A stretch of 57,194 bases of DNA, the filler included, from Sphacelaria rigidula (lineage: Eukaryota), in assembly GCA_964200075.2 (NCBI GenBank). It is 8 parts of 8 records of this genome, joined end to end, with 100 filler letters (N's around TTAATTAATTAA, not from the genome) between each part and the next. Parts side by side here need not be neighbours in the genome. Positions count along the whole stretch, not along the records: positions 7,164 to 14,225 come from CAXNAA020016688.1; positions 14,326 to 21,387 come from CAXNAA020016689.1; positions 21,488 to 28,549 come from CAXNAA020016690.1; 5 more parts are not named here. One strand, written 5' to 3'. The translations under genes and the position numbers were made by a program. Below are positions 10,844 to 21,800 of this stretch, one piece after another (the first letter of the stretch is position 1; each line of letters opens with the position of its first letter). The notes beneath the pieces were generated by a model. It worked only from the letters and a program-made list of their open reading frames with translations, had not been told where the DNA came from and did not search any database.

Positions 10844-13800
10844 TGCCGCATCCGAGTCTGCTTCCCCATTCACCTTGCGTAGTGTACCGCGTTCGAGTCG
10901 CTTGTTTTGCATTGTAGCGTCGTTGGAAAACCATGTGTTCCCCCTCACCTTCCCCCCTTCATTTTTTTCGTACTGGTTAGCCCGGTAGTCGTAGTGGTTG
11001 ATGTCGTGTTTTGTATTCGGTAAATGGTCTTTTGATTCTATATTTTGAATTTTTTTGTGTTGTGTTTTGTTTTTTGTTGCTGTGGCCTTGATTTTGTGTT
11101 TCGATTTTCTTTGCCTTTGCGTCAATTGTTTTGATTTTTTTTGTCTTTTTTTTTTCTGCCCCTCTCTTCTTCTCTTTTCGCCTCGTGCTATGTTTTCGAT
11201 TTTTTGTGTTCAATGGGTAATTTTCTTGTTCAATCCTGGGTTCATCGGGCAAAGTACGAGTGACGACCGTTTCATTCCTGACCCCGAATCTGGAACCTTG
11301 AACCTCATTCCTCCGTACCGTACATTCACAACCATTACTTATACTGGAACAGTTGCCACGAGTTATTTATTTCTTCATTTTTTTTTCTCATTGTACGCAA
11401 ATCTTGTTTTGCTTTGGTAATTTCATGGTCTTTACTTTTGTTTTTTTGTTTCGATGGAAGAGTTTCTGGAGCAAGCACCAGCCATACCTGACGCCCACGT
11501 CTGGAATATTTACGCTCTTGTTCAATCGCTCCGCATGCGAGTGCCGCCTCCCTCTTCGGGACCGGTCATGACGTGTCCGTTTTTTGTGTCATATGTTGTC
11601 GTTTTTTTTTTCTGTATTTTTGCCTTTTCGTGTGAGAGTTTTAGGAGCGAGCGCTGCATATACCTGACCTCCCCGTCTGAAATAATTGCGCTCTTGCCCA
11701 ACCGCTCCGTACACGCATACCGCTCCCACCTGCAGGGTCGGCAATGATGTGTCCCCTTTTTGTGTGCGTACCACGTTGATCTTTGTATTGACATGGGTTT
11801 GCCTGAAATTTTTTGACCTTCTTGGCTGAAGCTTTTGACCCTGCTTGCTTCATACACACTATAACTGCTCCCGTTTATAAGGACGGTTGCCGCGTGTTGT
11901 TTTTCTGCCTCATGTTGCGGGTTTTCGTTTTCGCTGTTGCCCAGCGTGCCCCTGGTTTTGTATTTATTTTGGTTCTGGTTTCTGCGTCTATGTCGGGAAT
12001 TTCGCCACGAGTGTTCCAACGTTCCTGACCCTCGAGTCTAGAACACTTGGTCTACTTTTCTTTTGCGAGTCCTGCCGCATGTGACCAACCTCGTTTATGG
12101 GAGGGTCATGGGTGGTGCGACGCGATGATTTGTACTTTGGTGATTGATGAGTTACAACGAGGCCACCACTGACCGCGTCGTACATAGCGGTGTTGAAGAA
12201 TTGTTATTGAAGTCGCGGTAAAATCGGTTGTAAACGTCTCCTCATACAGGACCATCAGGTATCATGATGAGGTAGATCGCTCTTTCGGAACTGTCCGTTC
12301 CGCCATGTCGATACTCGGCCGTTGGTATAGCCTACAGGCTCAGAGTCCGCCACTCGCTATTTTTTCTATCGCTTTTACCAGTTTTTGCGTACAATTACCC
12401 GCCCCTGAAAGTGGTCGGTGGTGTTTTGTTTTTATCAGGGATTATCGGACGAAGTAACGTGACGGTACGACCGGCTGTGGTCTTACTCCAGTTTGTGTTC
12501 GGACCAGTCTCGTTTTAGTCCGAACAGGCAAACACCGTGAGGAGTGGGCTGCGTTGGTCCTCTCTGTCCTGTGTATTTGTCGTGGTTGAGAAATGTGTTG
12601 GGCGATCCGCCTCGGAGCTACGTAGTAAGCCCGAAGGTTGTGTATTGTAACGGACACCTGACCTCACAAACCGATCAGTTGTTTTCGTATCGTCGTGTGA
12701 GAAGAAAAAAAAAATGATGTACGACTGGATCATCAACCAGGCGTCCCAAGCAAGTCGTTGTTTTCACAAACATGTACCGACAATTAACTCACGTCAAACG
12801 GGTTGAGTTGTCCGTATCATTCTATTATTTTTTTATCAACGTATGGTTTTCGCGGGAAACTACCATTTCCGCGACGAAACCGGCTGTACGTTGCAGGATT
12901 TTGCTGATTGACTGAGATGAGTGATTGGCATGAACTTGGTTATCGGAGTGATACAATGCCTTGGCGGGCTTCCTTGTTTTTATACCAATGACCTAAAACA
13001 AATCGGACATCCGGAAAAAAGCGAACTATTTATTCATGATATAGTTATGGCAGGGTAGGATGATCGTTTCAATGATTGGTCTTTGATTTTCTGTGACCCC
13101 GTCTGAGAACTCACCTAACATGAGGGCACTGAATCATTGTATCAGTTCGATATTTCTCTTTGCTTTGTGCTCGTCTTTGTATTTTCTTGTTTTTTTGTGT
13201 TGATTGCCCCTTCCCGTTCCCCGTACCAAAGAGGACTCGATCTTTAAAAGGAGGCTAAATTTTCTGTGGTGTGGGAGAGATGTGGCTCGATGCAAGTTCG
13301 TCCCCTCTGAAACGTGACTGCACTTGAACGATCCAGGATGGGCTAATGTGATGGTAAATGACTGTATCTGAAGTAAAACTAGTCCTTTGGGATTGCGGAG
13401 ATCCCCAGAAACGACCGGCGGGTATGAAAAGATTCTAGGCGAATGTGTACTTTGTAAAGTAGATATGTGTGTATTGGATCGTTGATTGAGGAACCTGTAG
13501 ACTGGTCTGCGCATTACGGCCGGGCAATTACGCACATTACTCCGGGCGCTTTGATTGGCCACAGCACGGCACGTCAGGCTGATTTTGTAGTTGGATTGCT
13601 TGTATCCGATTGGCTGTATGGGGCACGCGCCCACCCAAGGAAGGCGCCTCCATGAGGGTATGGCAAATTGTCAGCGAGGCAGGAGGTGTTGGGAAAACAG
13701 CGACCCATAGCTGCTCCCCATCTCCAGCCACTTGCGACTCACCTGCCTGAGAAGGACGTACCGTAGAACTAATCACAAGAAGGACCACCAGCTTTTCATC

Positions 13801-14225
13801 TGCTCTACACGGCGTCTCATCTTTCTGGCCGGCAAGCCGTTCTCAAGAAGTGAGTAACGTATATCATAATCCCTTAAAAATCGTTCGGGTTTTCCCCAAG
13901 ACGAAAGAGCTCGGTGCTTACTTTCAATAACAGCTGTCTGCTGTTGACGAGTGCCTTGTGTGAGAGATATCCTACTGTTTGAGTTAACGAGTCGAAAACA
14001 GGACCAGTCGGTCACATTCTCATCCACCTTGGGGTGTGGCTTGCTCTGCTAACGAATACGTCGGCATTTTCAGAAGTGTAATTTGAAACTTGGTATGTAG
14101 AACGCCCGAACCTCTTCCCCCCCCCGCGTACGGGACACCCCGGTGTGACTAAAACCTTGTGTTATGCAAGCCGTCCTTGAACCTTGTGCATTAGAAGACG
14201 CAATGGCGTACAGCCATGAACGCGC

Positions 14226-14325
14226 NNNNNNNNNNNNNNNNNNNNNNNNNNNNNNNNNNNNNNNNNNNNTTAATTAATTAANNNNNNNNNNNNNNNNNNN
14301 NNNNNNNNNNNNNNNNNNNNNNNNN
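14226..14325. other. Artificial contig linker
   Basis: N-TTAATTAATTAA-N, 100 bp. Confidence 0.98.
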
Positions 14326-15127
14326 TTCAGCCCCATATTTTGTATGAACCCCAAAATATAAAATCGGCTGTTTGTTGTAGAAAAGCTCACGTCATCCTCA
14401 AACTTGGCAGTTCCGTAGATATTGATGCTTTAAATGGAAAAATTGTGTTCTTGGCAAGGGTTCAAAGTTTCTCCGCCCTGTACCGGATTCCGGAGGTCCC
14501 AGTACAAAGACCCCCGAAAGGCGGTACAGAGTCATGACTCAGAAGAAAAATTATAACACGATGCGTCCCAGGATGGTCTGAGGAACACATGTACAATTTT
14601 TGGTGGAGAAAATCGACAAATCTCATACAATTTTTTCCTGTCTTGACGTAAATTTCACCCTAAAAGATGTTTTTATACTCAAACCAAGTACATGGGAGTT
14701 TGCACATGTTAAGCTCACATCCTCGCACAAACGCGCAAATCTTCATATTTATCAGGAGTTAGATCCTGAAACTCTGCACAAATATGCTACGAATCATTGC
14801 GCAAGTTTCGATCAACGAGGTTTTTCTAATTCTTGAATGTTTTACTGTTTTTCGGGGGTCCGACGGGATCCAAGTCGTTTCTTCGAAGTAATTCATTCTG
14901 GGACCCCCGAAAACCGGCACTACAGTATCTTCTTTCATTTCTTTCGCGAACGCTCTGCCACCGCAAAACCCAAGGAAGAACCCCACAAAGTGTCGTGACC
15001 AAACTCTATTAACTGGTGCTTGGATTTTCATGTTCCACGTCGAAAAAGGTCCGAAAACGCCATTTTAATTCCAAACTCTGCTAGTTTGCCGTTTCACCGT
15101 GGCACGGCAAGGCTCATCGCACAAACG

Positions 15128-15406
15128 CGAAAAACTTCACGCCGTTTCAAGCAGTTAGACCCTGAAATTTTGCACAGGTGTTCTATGGGTCACTACGCAA
15201 CTTTGACAGGACGAAGTTTTTTTTTTTACCGTTTTACGGAGGTCCGATTTGATCGAAGTTTTCCCGACAAAACTGGGACCCCGCAAAAAAGGTGAAAAAG
15301 TAAAAAAGTAAAAAAAAAAACTCGTCCTTGCAAAGTTGCGGAATGACCCATAGAACACCCGTGCAAAAATTCAGGGCCTAACTCCTTAAAACGGCGTGAA
15401 GTTTCG
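15128..15406. mobile_element. Foldback MITE-like element (~100-bp imperfect inverted arms)
   Basis: AAACTTCACGCCGTTTCAAGCAGTTAGACCCTGAAATTTTGCACAGGTGTTCTATGGGTCA... pairs with ...TGACCCATAGAACACCCGTGCAAAAATTCAGGGCCTAACTCCTTAAAACGGCGTGAAGTTT; related arm at ~14735-14830. Confidence 0.75.
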
Positions 15407-15795
15407 CCGATGGGTGTACTTGGGGTTTTTTCCGTGAACCAGCCTGTACCCATCAAGGTAAACGGTCGGGGAAACAACTCTCCCGACGGATCGACAACCC
15501 ACCCCCTGCATCTAAACGTGCACAGGGGCGACATGAAACGCAACAAAAATCTCCCCTGTTTCGAACGCATGGAATAACAACCAAAACCAACGACAACAGC
15601 ATCCGAAAATCACAGGCATTCGTACGTGAAAAACCAACATCTACAACCAAAGTTCAAAGCACCTCCAGAATTCAGCGATAAAATCGTCGAATAATGGCCC
15701 ACTTCAAGTAGCAGCGGCACGCAACCGCACATTACATCATGCGCTACAATCCATCATCACGTGCAGCCCATGTCCAACTTTTTCCACAATCTCAC

Positions 15796-18700
15796 CCTCA
15801 ACAACCCATTGTCGTAAATATTTTCCGGGAATGCACCAGGGTGTGGAGCTTCCCTAAGCCGGGGGGGCTCAGCAGCAACAGCAGCCTCCGGCGCAGCACC
15901 TCCTCCTAGTATTCCTCCATCCGTCCCCTCGGCTGTGCCAACCTCCTCTCCCCCTTCCCCGCCAGCCACAGTTCCCTCTGCCGCGGCACCCTGATCGCCG
16001 CCGGATTCCCCCCCGCGTCTGCGGCGCAAGCCGGTGCTCGAGTCAGCAGTAGTGATATCAGCGACAACGGCTTCCCAAGTCTCGCTGTCGGCAGCTTCTT
16101 CCACGGTAGCAGAGGTTGGGGTTTCGGCAGTAGTAGTAGCGGCAGCAGCAGCAGCGGCAGCGGCAGCGGCAGCGGCAGCGGCTGCTTTTTCTTCAGCGGT
16201 TGGAGGCGGAACCAGGGTACCGTTGTCGTACGCCTTCACTAGTCGCTTGTGGAAATCTCTCGCCTGCGCACGGGCAGAGGAGGCGGGACGGCGATGGATG
16301 TGGCGGCAGTGGCGGCCATGCAGCAGCAATAACCGTGTGTTAAGAAGGAGACAAAAGTTGAATAAAAAAACGGGCAGTACCAAACAGTGGATCACAACAG
16401 CAAAAAGGAGACGATGGGAAACCTCGTCAGGTGCTTTGTTCTCTCGATCGGATATGGAAACGGGGCAATGTACGAGGCGAAAACTACAACCAAGAGAGCT
16501 ACTGCGACGCTTTTCATGGGTCTTCAGCAAACAAGGAAGATAGCGCCGGTCGGGAAAATGAACGGAGCAATACGCGAGGGACAGATCGGTCGTGAAGTGG
16601 GAGAACGGGACGGTCCAGGGTCCACCTGGCTGTTGTATACATGATGGAACTAAGGTTGTATATATATATGCGGGGGGCTAAATCATCCTGTGACGGGAGT
16701 CAGGTCTCGAGTATATTGTATACCATTACCATTGCGGGGTTCTGATTGCTTACCACGGCCGAGGGTCAATAAACGACGAATACGAGCGTGCGCAACGCAA
16801 ATATATGTTACATGTAGCTGATAGTCCTCACCTCGCTCCACTTGGCGCTCTCGTTGGTGGTCATGCCTTTGGACACCAGCCGGAAGTGATAGATTAAGAA
16901 GCCCGACATAACCAAGGCCATCGTGCCCGCCAGAACCATCAGCCCGCACAGCTTCCCGTGATGGAACATCAAGTACTATTTTGTTTGTTTGTTTGTTTTT
17001 GTTCGCAAAATGAAACGGAAGAAGACAAGCACAGAGGGACATATATAAGAACATCCAGAGACAGAGACAAAGGCAAAGAGATAGACAGAGACAGAAACAG
17101 AGACAGACAAAGACAAAGCAGACAGACCAGAAAGACCAGAAAGACCAGAAAGACCAGAAAGACCAGAAAGACCAGAAAGACCAGAAAGACAGGACGGAGA
17201 CAAAGGCAGGGACAAATATGTCACAACACATTCTTCAACACAACCCCGAGGTCGCCAGTGTCAAGGTCAGGTCGCCAAAGGTCGTCAGTGTCGGTCGGTT
17301 TCACCGACTTCCTGAGATTCGCCGACATGTCCGGCGGCTCATGACTCCAAGAAACCAGTGAAACCTACCGAAGCTCGGATTACTGTGACACTGGTTTGCC
17401 CCAGGGACACGTGTAAAAATTTGCATACCCTGGACAGTGGAATACACAGTCAAGAAAAAGGTGTACTGCGTACAATATTGACTATTGCGCCTATTGCAAC
17501 ACGCAAAAGATTCCATACTGTACGCAGTATATTTCTTTACATTAGAATCTTTAGTCCAGGGTGTGAAAATTTGCCTTCTCACCATCACGACGCGCGTGAG
17601 GTTTCGAGCGAACGCGTAAAAACATATTCCGATAATCTAAGGTTTTATGTCGCTTACGGTGGCTGATGACCCCCGGAAAACCAATTAAACCGAACGATGC
17701 TTGATCGAGATACCGGCGGCCCCGGAGTTGCCTTGACGAATACGTGCATGCAATATCGTCCCCTTAGCCATCAAAGTCAGACTTGGACTTCGAGCAAACA
17801 TCCTTCTATCATCCGATAAATAAAAATCAACCGCGGGTTTGTCGCAATCCCTGGCGTCGGCCACCGCCGAACTTTGCCGTCATTGGAATTAGCAACCCTC
17901 GATTTTTTCGATATCAGCAAGGCCCCGTAGTGTCATGGGGAGCCGTCTGGCGGAAAATATCGACTGGCTAACTCCAATGACGTGAAAGTTCGGCGGTGGC
18001 CGACGACGCCAGGGATGACGACAAACGCGCGGTTAATTTTCATTCGTAGCCTCGGGTGACACCTCTCCGGGGGGGGGAGGGGGAGGGGAGGAAAGGTTCC
18101 CTGTCATATTTTCAACTCACACCCCTCCTCGGCCTCGGGACCAGTCAGAGTGGGTGGTCTCAAGGGATCAATCAGCCCATCTCTCGCTGGGGAACATGCA
18201 TAACGTGCCTCACTATTAATTATGACCGACCATTGATTGGATCATGTTTACCTGCTCTCACTCACGCAAGCGATCGACATATCCACTATATATTTTTCAA
18301 TTCAAGATTTTTTCGCTTGATTAAAACAGACGCATGCTGTGCCACTTAGACCACTGGGGCGAGGCGGTACGTATACTACGTACGTCCTCATGCTAGAATA
18401 AAAAGTATACGACTCGTACGTACCGTATACAGTAGACGACACCCCCGGTGTGACAGAACTTCCGCCATTTTTGGCATCATATCGGCATCTACTCTACTAC
18501 ATTGGGGGACGCAAGTATACCACCTCCTCTGAATACCGTACCACCCCCGGTGGTGGTATCATTTCGGATTCCAAAATGTCAGTTTTGTATCATTCAGGGT
18601 GTCGTATTACACCGTGATTCGACGGAAACCTACCGTACAGGAGAAACCAGAGACGATAATAATAATTGAGGGGGACGGAGACTCGCGCACACCTGTCCGA

Positions 18701-20560
18701 TGACCTTGTAGCTGCCGCGGACGTACTGCCCGGAGCGCTTGCTGAAGAACTTGGCAGTCATGAGCTTCTTCTCTATGATGACGGATCGCAAGATGCCAAT
18801 GATGATCACCGTGCCGTACCAAAGCATACCGATGTGGACCTATTTCATTTTATGCGTTTCCGTCAGTTGCGAGGGAGAGAAGGGGGGGGAGGGGGGGGGG
18901 GGAGGGAGTAAGTTTCAGAGGTCCCACATTTTTTTGTGCGTGTTTCCGTTCCATTGGCTCGATATCTCGAGCCTGTGATCACAGAGTGCAGGGAGCATAC
19001 CATCCATACCCATATATCAAACAGCCGACAGAGGAAGGCGAGAAATAAGATATCTTCACGAAGAAAAATGGCGCCTACACTACGGAAGCTCCGTGTAAGA
19101 CCAAATGAACTACAGGAGACCTACCGGAGGCTGATGACAGTTGGGAAAAAAGGAGGGGGGGAAGGGAGGTGAGGAAGAAAAAGACGGAGGTGCAAAGAGA
19201 CAGAGAGACGAAGAGAGATGAGACAGAGATGGACCACAGAATTCTTGCCATGCCTTGTTTTGCTGTCCGCCACTTTTGTAAAAACAATAAACTAATATTG
19301 CTGCGTGTCAAGAAAAATAAGGCCCAAGAGGTCGACACAGAAGGAAGGAGCGGCCCAGCCATCTTCGACCGAACGCGACACACAAGGTGTGACTAAGGTA
19401 TTCGACCCTATATATATACATACACACAGATATTCCAAGGATGTCCCGGGTAGGGTATTTCCCACAATTCGGTATTTTGAAAAATCGTACCGTAAGTACC
19501 CATTACTTGAGAGAGTAAATACCCGGGTATTTATCCTACCGTTTCTAGGCTGGACCAGCCTGTATATGCCACCTGAAAGTAGTAACCGCCCCCCACTGTA
19601 TGATGGGATCAATTTTGACAAAAGTTATCACCCGGCGTGATACCCACCGTCACCCACGGTTACAAGAAGCATGGCAGAACAATTCCATGTTTCCCTCGCG
19701 GTCCTTCACCAGCGGTGGCTTTTTTTTATCGATTTATAGGGGACCAAGCGGTGGTCAATCTTCCAGTTCCGCCCCCCCCCCTCCACACACACCCCCTTTC
19801 CCCGCCCATTTCTTGGCCTTGTGGGGAAGTTTGACACTGTCCAAAATCCATTCTCAAACCAATGTGAAGGCCTCTGCAACCTGTTCGTTAACTGGTGCAA
19901 GGAGTGTTCCAACGCACACGAACTGGTCGGGTGCGCTGATCTTTCCCTACATTCCTCCCCTACATATTGCTCCGTCTCGAAATGGATGCGTGGTCAATGT
20001 TCAAACGAGTAATAAAGCACAAAACAAATGAGTATCCCCCCCCCCCCCCCCCGACATATAGGTCATATAGGGCACGGCGCGGTCTCCATGAAACTCCAAG
20101 ACGCAGCCGCCTCACTTGTGTTTTTTTCTCCCCCACATCAATTTTGACTTTTCTGACTCGCATTCAACTCAAATCAAAATCTCGAAAACGGTGCAAATCC
20201 TTGCTCCGACTACAGGAAGATACTTTTTTTCGAGACTTGAACCAGCTTCATATTGACAAGTCTGACTACGCCAGGCAGCCTGATTACTCGGATTTCGAGC
20301 ACCCCCCTCCCCCCCCTCTCCTCCTTGCCTCACTCCCCCCCGCTGCCGCCAAATGTGGGCTTACAGATTTTTTTCGAGTGCGATGCCGAAACTACAATAT
20401 GTACCGTACATTGGGGGGGCCCGCTTAAAGTCTCACCGCGAGAAATAGGAGAAAGTAACGGTAATTTTCTTCCCCCACGCACTGGTTGAGCCAAGCGCAG
20501 TGATGGTCGAACCGCGCGACGCACATGTTGCACACTCGACAGTGCTTCGACCTCGCAGGC
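15796..20560 (-). CDS. DHHC-type protein S-palmitoyltransferase (ZDHHC/PAT; Swf1/ZDHHC4-like), partial
   Basis: Exons 20560-20437 ([41 protein letters not shown]), 18839-18693 ([14 protein letters not shown]...VIGQ), 16975-16832 (YLMFHHGKL...[19 protein letters not shown]), 16263-15796 (ARDFHKRL...poly-Ala...[11 protein letters not shown]). DHHC-CRD, TTxE and PaCCT-like NIYDxG motifs are present, and all junctions are AG/GT and phase-compatible. Confidence 0.93.
17050..17195. repeat. (AGAGAC)-like and (AGACCAGAA)n tandem repeats in DHHC intron
   Basis: About seven perfect 9-mer units at ~17124-17190. Confidence 0.9.
17822..18040. mobile_element. Foldback MITE-like hairpin in DHHC intron
   Basis: AAAAATCAACCGCGGGTTTGTCGCAATCCCTGGCGTCGGCCACCGCCGAACTTT...CATTGGAATTAGC pairs with GCTAACTCCAATGACGTGAAAGTTCGGCGGTGGCCGACGACGCCAGGGATGACGACAAACGCGCGGTTAATTTT. 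Confidence 0.8.
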
Positions 20561-20814
20561 CTGAAATCGCGACCAAACAAGGGACAAGAAAATATAGATG
20601 GGGGGGGGGGATAAAAAAAAGTATACGGTCAAATGATGCATCTCACATTGTCAAGAGGGTGGACTTCGAGACATCGTAGATTGCTCATTATTGGAAGGAC
20701 GAGCTAAACACTTCCCCCGTCTAAAAATTAACGGGAACGCTTCTTCTACTACTCCACAAGATGAACAAGCCTCGCTTCTTTCCCTTACTGGTTAGAGGCG
20801 GGGAGGGAGGGGCG

Positions 20815-21387
20815 CGGGGGGGGGGGTACTCACGATCATACATGCCGTATTCATAGAACTGTTGACCTCGCATCCCTACAAAATCCGGGACGGAGCACGT
20901 GAAGTGTTTGCCGGATCAGGTTCGCAATCACCAATCGCGAAGGGCCGTGATATGCTCGGCAAGTTGCATGAGGGGTGATCTGCATCCTGCTGAAATTGTT
21001 CGGCCCAAAGCGCACGAAATACCTTGCATATGGATGACAGCCTCGAATGAGTTGCTTCATTTCCTGGTATCGCCACTTTCAGATATAACAACGGCCCACA
21101 CTGCCTCATCGGTGTCTGTCTCACCGTATAAACACCACGTATTATAGTATGATCATCCCCCCGGCGCGGAGTCAAGTTCTCCAGCCTTCACAGACTCGAC
21201 CGTCATGGTTACCACAAAAAAAAACACGCACACACACACACACACACACACTAGCGAAAAAAAGTGGGGCCCTGGTTGCCTAGCTTACAGTAAGTGGCGC
21301 CGGGGGGGGGGGGGGGGGGGTGTACTCTTGATCATCCATGCCATATTACTAAGATCATTGACCTCGCACCCCTAACAAGCCGGGACG
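20815..21387 (+). repeat. Family A repeat: one unit plus start of a second tandem unit at contig end
   Basis: polyG-TACTCACGATCAT.CATGCC...GTTGACCTCGCATCCCTACAAA..CGGGACGGAGCACG at 20821-20900, repeated at 21302-21387. Confidence 0.85.
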
Positions 21388-21487
21388 NNNNNNNNNNNNN
21401 NNNNNNNNNNNNNNNNNNNNNNNNNNNNNNNTTAATTAATTAANNNNNNNNNNNNNNNNNNNNNNNNNNNNNNNNNNNNNNNNNNNN
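21388..21487. other. Artificial contig linker
   Basis: N-TTAATTAATTAA-N, 100 bp. Confidence 0.98.
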
Positions 21488-21800
21488 CTTTAAATATCGT
21501 AGGGTGTACCGCACATATCCCTTACGATACGCAAAAGCATCAATGAGATAGAAAGATAATGACAGCGTTTACGCGTGGTATCGACAGCGGAAGCTTGGTC
21601 CGTACTGACTTTTGCACTACAATAGTGGTGACAGTGCCTGTGCTGTCCTGTCGTACTGAGTGTAGACAACGGACACACAACCACGACTTTCTTGGCTGGT
21701 GCCCGTACTGTACCACGCTCCCGCGTATAACATAGTTTCACAAGACACAGACGTACGTGCAAGACCTCGAACGCGGAAGCAGCTCAAAAGCACCGACACA

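Larger units (their letters stand above)
7164..14225 (+). mobile_element. Ty3/Gypsy LTR retrotransposon, 3' half (pol end plus long 3' region), probably fills the contig
   Basis: pol as above, followed by ~3.3 kb of T-rich sequence without recognisable host exons. The LTR boundary cannot be verified because the 5' LTR is absent. Confidence 0.6.

Noticed and set aside
16683..17344. ORFs with (FWS)n/(RKT)n/(GLS)n repeats; CRISPR-like periodicity
   Set aside because: Simple 9-bp tandem repeat with no spacers and no cas genes; eukaryotic intron
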